This document shows, one piece after another, positions 21,586 through 31,741 of a stretch of 64,000 bases of DNA. The stretch is from an uncultured Verrucomicrobiae bacterium (GTDB taxonomy: Bacteria; Chlamydiota; Chlamydiia; Chlamydiales; Rhabdochlamydiaceae), in contig CAWDYW010000001.1 of the NCBI GenBank assembly GCA_963806855.1, forward strand, positions 256,001 to 320,000, read 5' to 3'. The notes beneath the pieces were generated by a model. It searched no databases and was not told the origin of the DNA. It saw only the letters and a list, made by a program, of their open reading frames with translations. How positions within the stretch are numbered: position 1 is the first letter of the stretch; each line of letters opens with the position of its first letter. The position numbers and the translations under genes were made by a program.

Positions 21586-22913
21586 TTGCCCACACAGAAT
21601 TTAGAGAAGATCGCGCTGAGGATGTCTTCGGTGATATCCATGCCGATGATCGCACCGAGGTGCCTCAAGGTGTTGCGCATATCCGCTGCTAAAAATTCTG
21701 GTGAAATGTCTGTTTTTAGTCCATCGATTAATGTAGTTAAGGCTTTTGCCGCTTCGGAGAGCGATTCCTTGTGGCGGGCTTGGGTGAGGACGATCTCATC
21801 CTTGGGGGCGATGGTCCCTTTCCAGACGAGGTTCTCGATCGATTTTTTGAGCTCTTCAATCCCTGTTCCCAGTTTGGCGGAAATATGGACTTGGTGGGGA
21901 AAGGGGACGGTAGGGATGGTGTGAGGAAGATCGATTTTGTTCCAGATCAGGAGGGTTTTTTCTGGAGGACAGGTGCTGAGGAGGTCTGTAAGGGGATGCG
22001 AGGCGTCGATCATGAGGAGGATCAGGTCGGCATTTTGCATGGCGAGTTTGCTGCGGCGGATCCCCTCTTGTTCGACGATTTCGTCGGTTTCGCGGATGCC
22101 GGCGGTGTCGAGAAGGTGAAAGTGAAGTCCGGCGAGCCGCATTTCTGCTTCAAGGGTGTCGCGGGTGGTGCCGGGGATATGGGTGACGATGGCCCGCTCT
22201 TGTCCGAGGAGGGCATTCATCAGGGAAGATTTTCCAGCATTGGGTGAGCCGGCGAGACAAAGGGTGATCCCTTCTTGGATTTTCTTTCCTTCGTGGAAGG
22301 TCGCTTCGAGATGGTGCATTTTGCTAAGGGTGCTTTCGAGGGAGGCGATCACTTCCTCTTTGGTAGCAAACTCGAGTCCTTCTTCGGGGAAATCGACCCA
22401 AGCTTCGAGGATTGCGGCGATATCAAGTAGTTCGTGTTGCAGGTTTTGAATGTGGGTCGAAAGTTTGCCGGAGAGTTGCTGGCGAGCGGCTTTGAGGGAG
22501 AGTTCGTTTTTGGCTCCGATGAAGCTCTGGACCGCTTCTGCTTGGGCGAGATCGAGTTTGCCGTTCATGAAAGCCTGATGTGTGAATGCCCCGGGACCGG
22601 CCGCCTTAGCTCCTGCTTTCAACACGACCTCAAGGACTCTTTTGGAGATCAAGCTTCCGCCGTGGCACTGGATTTCGACGGTGTCTTCGCCGGTATATGA
22701 GCGGGGGGCGCGCATGACGATGATGAGTGCTTCATCGATTACTTCATCGCCATCGAGGATTTTTCCAAAGTGGCATGTGTGGCTTTTATAGGAGGCGACG
22801 GGGCCAGAGAAAATAGAGGCGGCAATGGGGATCGCTTCTTTCCCGGAGATCCGGATGACGGCGATGCCCCCTTCTCCTGGGGGCGTGGCGATGGCTGCGA
22901 TTGTCTGATTCAT
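21582..22913 (-). CDS. mnmE: tRNA modification GTPase MnmE
   Basis: TIAAIATPPGEGG, GSPNAGKSSL, GTTRD, DTAGIR, NKID, FSKFCVGK. Confidence 0.97.
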   Translation of the reverse strand: MNQTIAAIATPPGEGGIAVIRISGKEAIPIAASIFSGPVASYKSHTCHFGKILDGDEVIDEALIIVMRAPRSYTGEDTVEIQCHGGSLISKRVLEVVLKAGAKAAGPGAFTHQAFMNGKLDLAQAEAVQSFIGAKNELSLKAARQQLSGKLSTHIQNLQHELLDIAAILEAWVDFPEEGLEFATKEEVIASLESTLSKMHHLEATFHEGKKIQEGITLCLAGSPNAGKSSLMNALLGQERAIVTHIPGTTRDTLEAEMRLAGLHFHLLDTAGIRETDEIVEQEGIRRSKLAMQNADLILLMIDASHPLTDLLSTCPPEKTLLIWNKIDLPHTIPTVPFPHQVHISAKLGTGIEELKKSIENLVWKGTIAPKDEIVLTQARHKESLSEAAKALTTLIDGLKTDISPEFLAADMRNTLRHLGAIIGMDITEDILSAIFSKFCVGK

Positions 22914-24043
22914 GAGGCAAATGTCTTAATTTTGATGCTTTCGGGATGCTTTAGTCGATGAGGGAGTTTCAGCATATCGCGTAGGATGATTTGCAACGCT
23001 GTATTCTCTTCCTTATCGAAGTGGCGGTGGTGTTCTGCATTGGTGCCGCCTCGATGGAGTTTGAGCACTTTAGTTGTTCCTACTGGATTTGATTTGACGG
23101 CTCGGTAGAGGGAAGCGGCTTTGGGGATCACCTCATCAGTGGGATTGTAGACGACCCATTTTTCCCCTTTCAGCTTATCCCAGGCGGCTTTTGGATTGAG
23201 ACTTAATCGGAAAACTTTCGCTGCAATGAGCCCAATAGTGCTCAATAGGCCTCGCCCCTTTAAGACGGTCTCTACTTCTTTGTGCAAGTCGCCGAAGGAA
23301 TTGATGTTCACTGCCTTAATCTGTTTGTCTGGATATTCTTCCTGCGCTAGAGCTATTCCACAGGTGGCATACCCGCCTCCCATTGAGAAACCAACTGTGA
23401 CGATATTGTTGGGGTCGATTTTGCGCTTTTCGGTCAGAAAATCGAAGGCAGCATAGGTGTCGAGCGCATATCCCTCTTCAGAGCGGTGACTTTTATTTTT
23501 TCCCACTCCGCGCGGGTTTACGACGACCAGCGAGGTGTTTAAATTCAAAAGCTCTTCAAGACGTGGAGTGCAATTTTCCCACTGACCAGAATTGCCTGGT
23601 GCGTAGATGATGGCTTTGTCCTGGATTTTCCCCGGATAGAAAGCGCCATCGAGTTGGACTTTATCGGGTGTTGTCAAAGTGAGGGGATGGCCATTAAATC
23701 GTCTTAATAACTCTTTCCCATCTTCTTCTCGATCGATTTTGAAACTGTCGGAATTGACGAGGAAGAGGCAGACCGCTTTGATCCAATCCCAGGTTGTCTT
23801 GAAGTGGATTAAGTGGAGGTCTTTATCGATATTCCCCGGAACAATAACTCGTAAAATTTTATTTTTCAGCCATTTCATCGCTAGCCGTGCGAGGCCAATT
23901 GGAAAAATGATGACCGAAATCAGGTCCCAAAAAAAGCGAGTCACTTTATGTGCCAGACTTTTAAGAGCTGGATTGTGCTTTTCGGGCCATTTAGCCTCAA
24001 AAAAAATAGGCGATGAATTTGTAACTTCCGTGGTCATACCCAC
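22910..24043 (-). CDS. Alpha/beta hydrolase, chlamydial CHLPS/CPn0927-like family
   Basis: Nucleophile elbow GFSMGG, NPRGVG, PGNS, D-EVIP and His in a C-terminal HH. N-terminal hydrophobic IIFPIGL. Confidence 0.75.
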   Translation of the reverse strand: MGMTTEVTNSSPIFFEAKWPEKHNPALKSLAHKVTRFFWDLISVIIFPIGLARLAMKWLKNKILRVIVPGNIDKDLHLIHFKTTWDWIKAVCLFLVNSDSFKIDREEDGKELLRRFNGHPLTLTTPDKVQLDGAFYPGKIQDKAIIYAPGNSGQWENCTPRLEELLNLNTSLVVVNPRGVGKNKSHRSEEGYALDTYAAFDFLTEKRKIDPNNIVTVGFSMGGGYATCGIALAQEEYPDKQIKAVNINSFGDLHKEVETVLKGRGLLSTIGLIAAKVFRLSLNPKAAWDKLKGEKWVVYNPTDEVIPKAASLYRAVKSNPVGTTKVLKLHRGGTNAEHHRHFDKEENTALQIILRDMLKLPHRLKHPESIKIKTFAS

Positions 24044-24050
24044 AAATATT

Positions 24051-24647
24051 TTAACCTTTTTTCCCTTTTAGGGCGAGGGAAATGAGGTCGGGAAGCGAGG
24101 GCTCTTTGCCATCGGAAGGGAGGGCGTTTTTGACTGCTTTTTGGGCCTCTAACGGGTTATAACCCAAATTGATGAGGGCGCTGATCGCATCGGCGATGGA
24201 GCCGGTCGATTGGCTTTGTGGCAAAGAAATATTTTGTTTGTCAAATTTGTGGAATTTATCGCGCAGCTCCAAAACGAGCCGCTCGGCCATTTTTTTGCCG
24301 ATGCCAGGGATCTTGCAGATCGCTTTGGTGTTGGAGTGTTCGACGGCCAGGTGGAGATCCTCAATCGACATATGGCCCAAGATCGAGGTGGAGAGTCTGG
24401 GGCCGATCCCGGAGATTTCATTCAGGGTCTCAAAGAAATTGCGCTCTTCGATAGTCAAAAAGCCGTAGAGTTTCTGCGAGTCTTCCCGATAGATCGCCGA
24501 GGTGTAGATTTTGACTTTGCTTCCGATCTGAGGCAGTTTTTCAAAGGTCAGGATCGAAATGTAAATGCAGTAGCCGATGCCCCCGACGTCGACGGTGATT
24601 TTGTGAGGAGAAGCTTCAGCGAGAATTCCTGAGATATATTCAAACAT
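24051..24647 (-). CDS. ruvA: Holliday junction branch migration protein RuvA
   Basis: MFEYISG, DVGGIGY, REDSQKLYGF, SGIGPR, PGIGKKMAERLVLEL, ALINLGY. Confidence 0.96.
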   Translation of the reverse strand: MFEYISGILAEASPHKITVDVGGIGYCIYISILTFEKLPQIGSKVKIYTSAIYREDSQKLYGFLTIEERNFFETLNEISGIGPRLSTSILGHMSIEDLHLAVEHSNTKAICKIPGIGKKMAERLVLELRDKFHKFDKQNISLPQSQSTGSIADAISALINLGYNPLEAQKAVKNALPSDGKEPSLPDLISLALKGKKG

Positions 24648-25137
24648 AAGTTAAAGATAACGAATGGGCATGACAAAGTGCAAGAGCTAAGGCATCGGCG
24701 GCGTCTTCTGGGGTAGGGGGATCGGACAAATTAAGTAGAGTTTGGATCATCCGCTGCACCTGCTCTTTGCTGGCAGAGCCATGGCCGACAACTGCTTTTT
24801 TGGCTTTAGTGGGAGCATATTCGAAGATGGGGATGCCGGCCATCTCTGCGGCGAGGATGGCCATCCCGCGGGCCATGCCGAGTTTCAGGGCGCTGAGGGC
24901 ATTTTTGTGGACGAATTGCCCCTCGACGGACACTGCCTCGGGTTTAAATTGGTCGATTAGGGCTTTGATTCCCTCAAAGATGATTAAATATTTTTTTGAG
25001 CTTGTGGCGGAAAGGGGTGGGCGGATGCAGCCGAAGTCGAGCGCCTCTGTCCGATGGGGGTGATAGTCGATAATGCCATAGCCTGTGATGCGGGTGCCGG
25101 GGTCGATGCCTAAGATAATCATAATTAGAGTGTACAA
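24640..25137 (-). CDS. ruvC: Crossover junction endodeoxyribonuclease RuvC
   Basis: ILGIDPG..TGYG, KKAVVGHGSASKEQV, DAADALA. Confidence 0.96.
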   Translation of the reverse strand: MYTLIMIILGIDPGTRITGYGIIDYHPHRTEALDFGCIRPPLSATSSKKYLIIFEGIKALIDQFKPEAVSVEGQFVHKNALSALKLGMARGMAILAAEMAGIPIFEYAPTKAKKAVVGHGSASKEQVQRMIQTLLNLSDPPTPEDAADALALALCHAHSLSLTYV

Positions 25138-25167
25138 AATGGGAGATTTTTTGGTATTTTAGTCTTT

Positions 25168-26253
25168 TTGAAGGTAGCTCAATTTGTGAAATCGCTTCAA
25201 GGTGTAGAGTTTCGTAATATCATTGTCCGGATGCCCAATTGGATTGGGGATATGGTCATGGCTACTCCTGTCCTATCTGAATTGCGCAAAGCCTATCCAA
25301 ACGCCCGCATTACGGCGATGTGTCGCGCCCCCATCTGCGATTTACTCAAAGAGGATCCCGAGGTCGACGAGCTTTTTTGTTTCAGCAAAACGAGCAGTTT
25401 CTCTAGAAGGAGCGATAAGAAAAATATCGTCGAGAAGGTGCGTCACGGAAAATACGATTTGGGGGTCTTGCTCACCCACTCGCTCTCGTCGGCTTGGTGG
25501 TTTTGGCAGGGGAAGGTAAAAACGCGTCTCGGATACGATTGTAACGGCCGCCGCTTTCTATTAAATTGCCCGGTCCCTCTTCCTCCCAATATCGAGCAGC
25601 AGCATCTGGTTACTACTTATAAAAAACTCCTCGAGCCTCTCGGCATTCCTCTATCGAATACGCCTCCCCGCCTATTTCTCGCTGAAAAGGAGATTCATGA
25701 AGCGCGGGTCTTGTTGCAACAGCACGGGGTGACGAAAGATAGCACCATCATCGGCATCAATCCGGGAGCGACCTATGGATCGGCCAAGTGTTGGCTGCCA
25801 GAGCGGTTCCGCGCTGTTGCAGAAAAGCTGCTCCATAATCCCGATGTTTTTATTGTCTTTTTTGGGGATCAGCCTTCGATGCGCCTCGTCAAAGAGATCT
25901 GCACGGGACTTGGTCCTCGCGTGATCAACTTAGCAGGCCTCACCTCTCTGAGAGAAGTGGCGGCGCTGATCAGTTTATGCAGCGTGCTTCTCACGAATGA
26001 CAGCGGGCCGATGCATATCGCCGATGCGCTCGGGAAGAAGACCGTCGCCCTCTTTGGATCGACCAATGACACGGTCACCGGGCCCTACCGCAATGGGGTT
26101 GTGATCCACAAACATGTCAAGTGCTCCCCCTGCTACCTGCGCACCTGCCCGATCGATTTTCCGTGCATGAAAGAGATCGAGGTGGATGAGGTTTACCGAG
26201 CGATTTTGGAAAGGCTCGAACAAGGCAGCTCAAAACTGCATATCATAGCGTAA
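25168..26253 (+). CDS. waaF: Lipopolysaccharide heptosyltransferase II (GT9)
   Basis: PNWIGDMVM, INPGATYGSAKCW, NLAGLTSL, TNDSGPMHIA, LFGST. Confidence 0.88.
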   Translation: MKVAQFVKSLQGVEFRNIIVRMPNWIGDMVMATPVLSELRKAYPNARITAMCRAPICDLLKEDPEVDELFCFSKTSSFSRRSDKKNIVEKVRHGKYDLGVLLTHSLSSAWWFWQGKVKTRLGYDCNGRRFLLNCPVPLPPNIEQQHLVTTYKKLLEPLGIPLSNTPPRLFLAEKEIHEARVLLQQHGVTKDSTIIGINPGATYGSAKCWLPERFRAVAEKLLHNPDVFIVFFGDQPSMRLVKEICTGLGPRVINLAGLTSLREVAALISLCSVLLTNDSGPMHIADALGKKTVALFGSTNDTVTGPYRNGVVIHKHVKCSPCYLRTCPIDFPCMKEIEVDEVYRAILERLEQGSSKLHIIA

Positions 26254-26255
26254 TT

Positions 26256-27152
26256 ATGTTTAAGAAATTGTACCGCAGATTTGGCCCAAATCCCCTGGAT
26301 CGGCTACTCAAAGGGGCCCAAAAGCGCAATCAAAAGCAGATTCTTCTGTTTTGGAATCGGGGCCTTGGCGACATCGCGCTTGGCCTCTTTGCGATTGTTC
26401 ATCGGATTCGGGAGTTTATTCCTGATGCGAAGATCACCTTTTTGACAAGACCGAATTTGCGCGATGGATTTCTCCTTCTCGGCGGTGTTGAGATCCTTGT
26501 GGCGCCTGAGCTCAAGCGGAGCGATAAAATTCAGATGCAAGAGCTATTGCGCTCGATCGGCTCTGATCCGGCTCAATTTGATCTGATCATCGACAATCCT
26601 GATCCGAGCTATTGGGTCAAGTGGCAACTGGGGAAATTGACGCCGCGGCTCCATTGGCAACAAGAGTGGGATAAGCTCTGCGATAAATTTAATCTCGATC
26701 CCAAAGAGACCTACGTCGGGGCGCATGTCCAGACCGAAACTAACTATGCCCACTGGCGCAATTGGCCGGTCGAATCGTGGACTGCCCTCTTTGAAAAAAT
26801 CACCAGCAGCGGGAAAAAGGTATTGCTCTTTGGATTTGAAAATGAGCCGCAATTTGAGATCCCTGGTGTCATCGATTTGCGCGGCAAGACGCCTCTGTTT
26901 GAACTTCTCTCGATCATTAAAAATCGGTGTAGCGCCCTCGTCGTGCCCGATTCGGGAGTCAGCAGCATGGTCTATTTTCTTAATGAAACGTTTCCGATCA
27001 AGCACATCTCTCTTTGGGCCGAACCAAATATGGGGATCTTGAAGCAGAATGTCGCATCGCCAAATCCCAATCTGAAACACATTCCGCTTCTTGGCAAAGA
27101 CAAAAACATCGCCAACATCACGGTGGAAGAGGTCTATGGACACCTATCTTGA
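26256..27152 (+). CDS. GT9-family glycosyltransferase (divergent)
   Basis: RGLGDIAL, RNWP, IDLRGKTPL, VPDSG. Confidence 0.75.
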   Translation: MFKKLYRRFGPNPLDRLLKGAQKRNQKQILLFWNRGLGDIALGLFAIVHRIREFIPDAKITFLTRPNLRDGFLLLGGVEILVAPELKRSDKIQMQELLRSIGSDPAQFDLIIDNPDPSYWVKWQLGKLTPRLHWQQEWDKLCDKFNLDPKETYVGAHVQTETNYAHWRNWPVESWTALFEKITSSGKKVLLFGFENEPQFEIPGVIDLRGKTPLFELLSIIKNRCSALVVPDSGVSSMVYFLNETFPIKHISLWAEPNMGILKQNVASPNPNLKHIPLLGKDKNIANITVEEVYGHLS

Positions 27153-28032
27153 AATTGGCAATGCCGAGGAGATCGCCTTAGGTCACGCGCTGATCGGGGC
27201 GGGGAAAGTGGGCTGCATTGTTCTGGCTGGGGGCGATGGAAGTCGGCTCGGGTGGGAGGGGCCCAAGGGGACATTCCCGATCTGGAATGGGAAGACCCTT
27301 TTCCAAATTCTCGAAGAGAGGGTTGCGGCGGCCTCGAAGCATTATGGGTGGAAGCTCAAACTGGCGGTCATGACCTCGCCTCTCAATCACCACCTCACCA
27401 CACAGGCTTTCTCGAGCGAGGTCGATCTCTTCCCTCAGGAGACGCTTCCGCTGCTCGACTCGGAAGGAAAACCGCTTGAGGAATGTAGACCCAATGGCAA
27501 TGGAGAGGCGTTAAAGTGCTTTTACCGCTCGGGGGTATTTGAAAAGTGGCGAAACAGCGGCGTCGAATTTGTCCAAGTGATTTTGGTCGATAACCTGCTG
27601 GCGGATCCTTTTGATCCCAATCTGATTGGGATTCATGCGAAGAGGCAAGCTGAGGTGTGCATCAAAGTTGTCCATCGCACCGGCCCGGAAGAAAAGGTGG
27701 GGGTTGTGGGGAAAAAAGGGGGCAAGATCTGCGTGATCGAATACAGTGAAAAGCCTCCGCAAGAATGGAATTTGGCGAGCATTGGTCTTTTCTCATTTAG
27801 CATGGACTTCATCGAGAAAGTGAAAGAGGTAGAGCTCCCCGTTCATGCTGTGACCCGCACTTTCCAAGGCAAGCCCGTGATCAAGCGGGAGTATTTTCTT
27901 TTCGACGTTCTCCCTTACTCGGAGAAAACGGAAGTTATTCTCTATCCTCGCGAAAAGACTTTCGCCCCACTCAAAACCCCGGAAGATCTCCCTATCGTTT
28001 CAGCGCTTTTTGAAAAATATCGGCAAGAGTGA
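27136..28032 (+). CDS. UDP-N-acetylglucosamine/UDP-sugar pyrophosphorylase, eukaryotic UAP1/UDPGP fold
   Basis: LAGGDGSRLG..GPKG, VMTS, PNGNG, VDN.L..P.DP, EKVG, IEYSE, EYFLFD, FAPLK. Start set at ATG 27136. Confidence 0.85.
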   Translation: MDTYLEIGNAEEIALGHALIGAGKVGCIVLAGGDGSRLGWEGPKGTFPIWNGKTLFQILEERVAAASKHYGWKLKLAVMTSPLNHHLTTQAFSSEVDLFPQETLPLLDSEGKPLEECRPNGNGEALKCFYRSGVFEKWRNSGVEFVQVILVDNLLADPFDPNLIGIHAKRQAEVCIKVVHRTGPEEKVGVVGKKGGKICVIEYSEKPPQEWNLASIGLFSFSMDFIEKVKEVELPVHAVTRTFQGKPVIKREYFLFDVLPYSEKTEVILYPREKTFAPLKTPEDLPIVSALFEKYRQE

Positions 28033-28674
28033 GAAGAATGCTAGCGCTAGCAGTAAGAGAATCACTTGCCAGCTCAAGAGAGAGCCGATTGTAATATCCT
28101 GTCCCGATTTTAATAACGTCCCTAATTCAGTTCCGATTTCAACAAAAATCACCACAGGGATGATGTTGCCGACGAAGGTAGTCCAGGCAAAGGTCCAAAA
28201 CGGGACCCCAAAAAAAGCGCAGGCGAGGTTGACCAGCCAAAAGGGAGAAAAGGGGAGGAGGCGTAAAAAGAGCAGATAGTTGATCGAGCTCTTCTCAAAC
28301 TCTTGTTCAATTTTTTTCAAGGTGGTGCCCGCTCTATTCAGGTAGAGCGCATGCAGTGGACCTCTGACGAGCAAAAAAAGGATGCAGGCGCCAACGGTTG
28401 ATCCAACTAAGATGCACAGCTCGCTCACCGGATGATGGAAAAAAAACCCGCCTGCGATCGAGAGAAATATGCCAACTGGCAGGAACAAAATCACCGACAC
28501 CGCATATAGAGCCGTGAAGAGAAGCGGAGAGAGGACCGGATGGCTCGCGACAAACTGTATGAGCTCTGGTTCAAACTTTTTGATCGTGGTAAAAGAGAAG
28601 TATTTGGTCATCCCCAAAAGAAAAAAGGCGATCAATGCAATCGCAATGATGATGAGGGGCACCCATTTTTTCAT
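28000..28674 (-). CDS. TVP38/TMEM64 (VTT/DedA superfamily) membrane protein
   Basis: LRLLPFSPFWLVN motif, GGFFF, multi-TM. Confidence 0.88.
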   Translation of the reverse strand: MKKWVPLIIIAIALIAFFLLGMTKYFSFTTIKKFEPELIQFVASHPVLSPLLFTALYAVSVILFLPVGIFLSIAGGFFFHHPVSELCILVGSTVGACILFLLVRGPLHALYLNRAGTTLKKIEQEFEKSSINYLLFLRLLPFSPFWLVNLACAFFGVPFWTFAWTTFVGNIIPVVIFVEIGTELGTLLKSGQDITIGSLLSWQVILLLLALAFFSLLPIFFKKR

Positions 28675-29792
28675 CCTACGTGGCCTCTAAAAATGAGACC
28701 AAAACCGAGAAAGACGAGGCTGTACCCACCGATGAGTGCATGGGAAACACAGCAGCCAACTAGCGACCCTTGCCGGGCATAGAGCCAGCCCCAGAGAAGA
28801 CCTCCTCCAAACGATGCGATTGCGAAAATAGGCGAGAGAAATACGTGAAAGCTGGAAAAAATCAAGTCGGCGAGGAGAATCGACCAAAGCACTGTATGGC
28901 GTCCTGAAAGGGAGAATTTGACGCAAGTCTGAGCAATTCCGCGGGCGATGAATTCTTGGAGAGGGGTAAATAGCATATAGATTAAACCAGGCAGCAGCGA
29001 ATATGGATTAGCGATATTGAGGCTGAAGACTGCGTGATTTTGAAATGAAGGGGAATAGTTGACCAGCCATAGTTTCAATAGGGTGGCTCCGATCAACAAA
29101 GGGAGGGAAAAGAGAAATCCTTCCCAAGCATTTTTTTTCCAATTATAGAGGGTCAATCCATAGAAGCTGCGAGGGTAGGCGCTATTTTTGACTTGGAAGA
29201 TACAGATTAGGAAAATTACAAAAATCACTGGGATAGAAATGATGGCGCTATTTTTGACAATGGCCTCATATTTAATCACGATGGTGGAAGCGAAAATCCA
29301 TCCTGATAAAATCAGTAAAACTCTAAATAGAAACCCTCCCATTTCTACCCGCATTTTGGCCCCTTCAAGTTCAGCCTGCAACGCCTTGACGGTCGATTCA
29401 TTAGTGCTTCGAAGCCTCTTTGTGAGCTGCTTGGAGATATTTGGGACAATTTGGGGGAAGGTGGGTAATTTCGAAAGAGGGATTTTGAGAAATTTGGACT
29501 CTTCCAAGGCCAGGATCGAAGCAGAGCGTGGAGAATGATCGATTAGAGACATCTCTCCGATCACTTCCCCAGGATTTAAACTGGTGATCTGATGCTCTCC
29601 TTTGACAACTCCCACTTTGCCGCTGAGCAGAAGAAAGATATCTTCTCCCACTTCTTTCTCGCGAAGGAGGAAGGCTCCTTTGGGGATTGTGACTTCTTGG
29701 GTGATCGTTAAAATTTGCCCAATTTGCTCGTCTTGGAGGTTTTGGAACAAATAGTTGACTTTCAGTAGATTAAATTTTTCTTGCTCAATCAT
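28671..29792 (-). CDS. cNMP-binding domain fused to CPBP (CAAX/Abi) intramembrane protease domain
   Basis: N-terminal GEVIGEMSLIDHSPRSAS (cNMP). C-terminal multi-TM with QEFIARG, FSSFH and VSHA. Confidence 0.82.
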   Translation of the reverse strand: MIEQEKFNLLKVNYLFQNLQDEQIGQILTITQEVTIPKGAFLLREKEVGEDIFLLLSGKVGVVKGEHQITSLNPGEVIGEMSLIDHSPRSASILALEESKFLKIPLSKLPTFPQIVPNISKQLTKRLRSTNESTVKALQAELEGAKMRVEMGGFLFRVLLILSGWIFASTIVIKYEAIVKNSAIISIPVIFVIFLICIFQVKNSAYPRSFYGLTLYNWKKNAWEGFLFSLPLLIGATLLKLWLVNYSPSFQNHAVFSLNIANPYSLLPGLIYMLFTPLQEFIARGIAQTCVKFSLSGRHTVLWSILLADLIFSSFHVFLSPIFAIASFGGGLLWGWLYARQGSLVGCCVSHALIGGYSLVFLGFGLIFRGHVG

Positions 29793-29836
29793 GGTATCCT
29801 CATTTAGTCTATAGCAAAAGGGGGGTAATTTTGGCG

Positions 29837-30415
29837 ATGAAAAACGAGTGGTTATTTATTCCTAATATCATCGGCTACGTGCGGGTCGTTTTATTGATCT
29901 TGTTTTTTGTCATCGAGGATCCTCTCACTAAGGTGATTCTCATGGCCATCAATCTAGTACTCGATGTGTTTGACGGCAAGATTGCCCGGCTACTCAATCA
30001 GACTTCGCTTCTTGGCGCTAGGTTCGATCTATTGATCGACATGGTTTCCTTAAGCGCCCTTTCTTTTTATGTAGCCTTCCTATCGAAAAACCTGTTGTTT
30101 GTCTTGTGCGGCATCAACGATCTCATCAGTTATGCCTTATCGATCATCATTTTTTATGGTAAGCAGCAGCAGATGAATCACAAATCTGAAATCGGCAAAA
30201 AGGGATTTTTGCTCCCAATCTACTATTCGGCTTGGGGCTTGGCGCTATCTAATGTTTTGCACGACGCCTATTTACTGAAGTTTGTCTATTGGCCGCTCGC
30301 ACTCCAATTCTTAGTGCCGATCTGCCTCGCCGGCTTTCTATTTCGGCAGCTCTGTGTCGCTGAACAGACGGTCCGTCTCTTGCGCAAGCTCAGGGCTTTG
30401 CAATCCTCTCTCTAA
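29837..30415 (+). CDS. CDP-alcohol phosphatidyltransferase resembling eukaryotic phosphatidylinositol synthase
   Basis: Complete D-x2-DG-x2-AR-x8-G-x3-D-x3-D motif (DVFDGKIARLLNQTSLLGARFDLLID). N-terminus LFIPNIIGYVR, NHK and LPIYY match recalled PIS1/CDIPT motifs. Confidence 0.8.
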   Translation: MKNEWLFIPNIIGYVRVVLLILFFVIEDPLTKVILMAINLVLDVFDGKIARLLNQTSLLGARFDLLIDMVSLSALSFYVAFLSKNLLFVLCGINDLISYALSIIIFYGKQQQMNHKSEIGKKGFLLPIYYSAWGLALSNVLHDAYLLKFVYWPLALQFLVPICLAGFLFRQLCVAEQTVRLLRKLRALQSSL

Positions 30416-31669
30416 CTCTTCTAATGAATAGCGCCCTGTTTCAGGCAGCCATTTGTAGCAGAATAGGAAACTGAGCAGCCCGAGGAAGGCATAGCAGAGA
30501 AATGTGCTGCTTGGGCCGATCGCATTGAGCAGACTTAAAAATGTGAGCGACATCAAGAGATTCGATCCCCAGTTGGCTCCGCTGGCGATCCCCATGGCCA
30601 GGCCGCGGATATTTAGAGGATAAATTTCGGCGATCACAATCCAGAAAATGCAGCCGATGCTCGCCGCATAGAAAGCGACAAAGGTAAATAGACTGCTCAG
30701 CATGATCATGGGTTGCTTCGTTAGGCCTAAAAGAAATAAGCTCACCGTCATTCCGGCAAGCCCAATCAACAATAATTTCCGCCTGCCCATTTTGTCGACG
30801 CGGAGCATCACCACAATGGTCATCAAGAAATTAATCAGTCCGACAGCCGCGGTCAGGAGCATGATATTTTGAAAGCCAAACCGCTGGAAAATCAGGGGGG
30901 CGTAGTAGAGAATGGTGTTGATCCCGGTCACTTGCTGAATGGCGGCTAGGACGATGCCGATGATGATGAGTTTTTTGGTTTTAGGTTGGAAAAGTTCTTT
31001 CCAGTATGGCTGAGGCTGCTTGATTGCCTCTTTGATCAACTGGAATTCTTGCTCAGCTTCTTCTCCACGAATCTGCCTCAGCACAGCGGCGGCCTGCGCG
31101 AAATCCCCCTTTTTGATGAGCCAGCGGGGGGATTCAGGCAAATAACGGATCCCAATCATCAGAGCGGCTGCGGGAAAGAACCCGATACCAAGCATCCAGC
31201 GCCAATCTTCGCTCGGGCTCAAAAAGCAGCTGGTGATATAGGAGATCAAAATTCCTCCTGTGACGGCGATGGTGTTGATTGCGACGAGCCCTCCTCGAAA
31301 ACGAGCAGGCGAGAGCTCAGAGATGTATAGCGGGACAACGTAGCAGGCGATCCCTATGGCGAGCCCCACGGTGAATCTGCCGAGCAGTAACAGGGGGAGG
31401 GTGGGGGCGAGGGCACAGCAGAGGGTGCTGATCATAAAAATAAAGGCGTTGATCCCGATCGCCCGTCGTCTGCCCATTTGGTTGACGAGCTTGCCGCTCA
31501 AGAGCGAGCCAATCAATGCGCCCAGAAGGACGATGCTGACGACCACTTCGGTCATCCAAGTAGTTAAGCCGAAGTTCTCTTGAATGAAGAGAATAGCGCC
31601 GGAAATGATCCCCGTATCGAATCCAAAAAGAAGGCCGGCGATGGCTGCAATACTTGCAATTTTCTTCAT
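30338..31669 (-). CDS. Sugar porter family MFS transporter (IolT/GalP-like, possibly myo-inositol)
   Basis: GLLFGFDTGIISG, GRRR, PLYISELSP..RG, PESPRWL, QQVTGINTILYY, VDKMGRRKLL, EIYP, PET. Confidence 0.9.
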   Translation of the reverse strand: MKKIASIAAIAGLLFGFDTGIISGAILFIQENFGLTTWMTEVVVSIVLLGALIGSLLSGKLVNQMGRRRAIGINAFIFMISTLCCALAPTLPLLLLGRFTVGLAIGIACYVVPLYISELSPARFRGGLVAINTIAVTGGILISYITSCFLSPSEDWRWMLGIGFFPAAALMIGIRYLPESPRWLIKKGDFAQAAAVLRQIRGEEAEQEFQLIKEAIKQPQPYWKELFQPKTKKLIIIGIVLAAIQQVTGINTILYYAPLIFQRFGFQNIMLLTAAVGLINFLMTIVVMLRVDKMGRRKLLLIGLAGMTVSLFLLGLTKQPMIMLSSLFTFVAFYAASIGCIFWIVIAEIYPLNIRGLAMGIASGANWGSNLLMSLTFLSLLNAIGPSSTFLCYAFLGLLSFLFCYKWLPETGRYSLEELERGLQSPELAQETDRLFSDTELPK

Positions 31670-31741
31670 TTAAAATGAGTCTAGTAGGTCAAAAAGAAAT
31701 ATGCAAGGGCTGAAAATTTCTGAATCTGATAAAATGAATCC

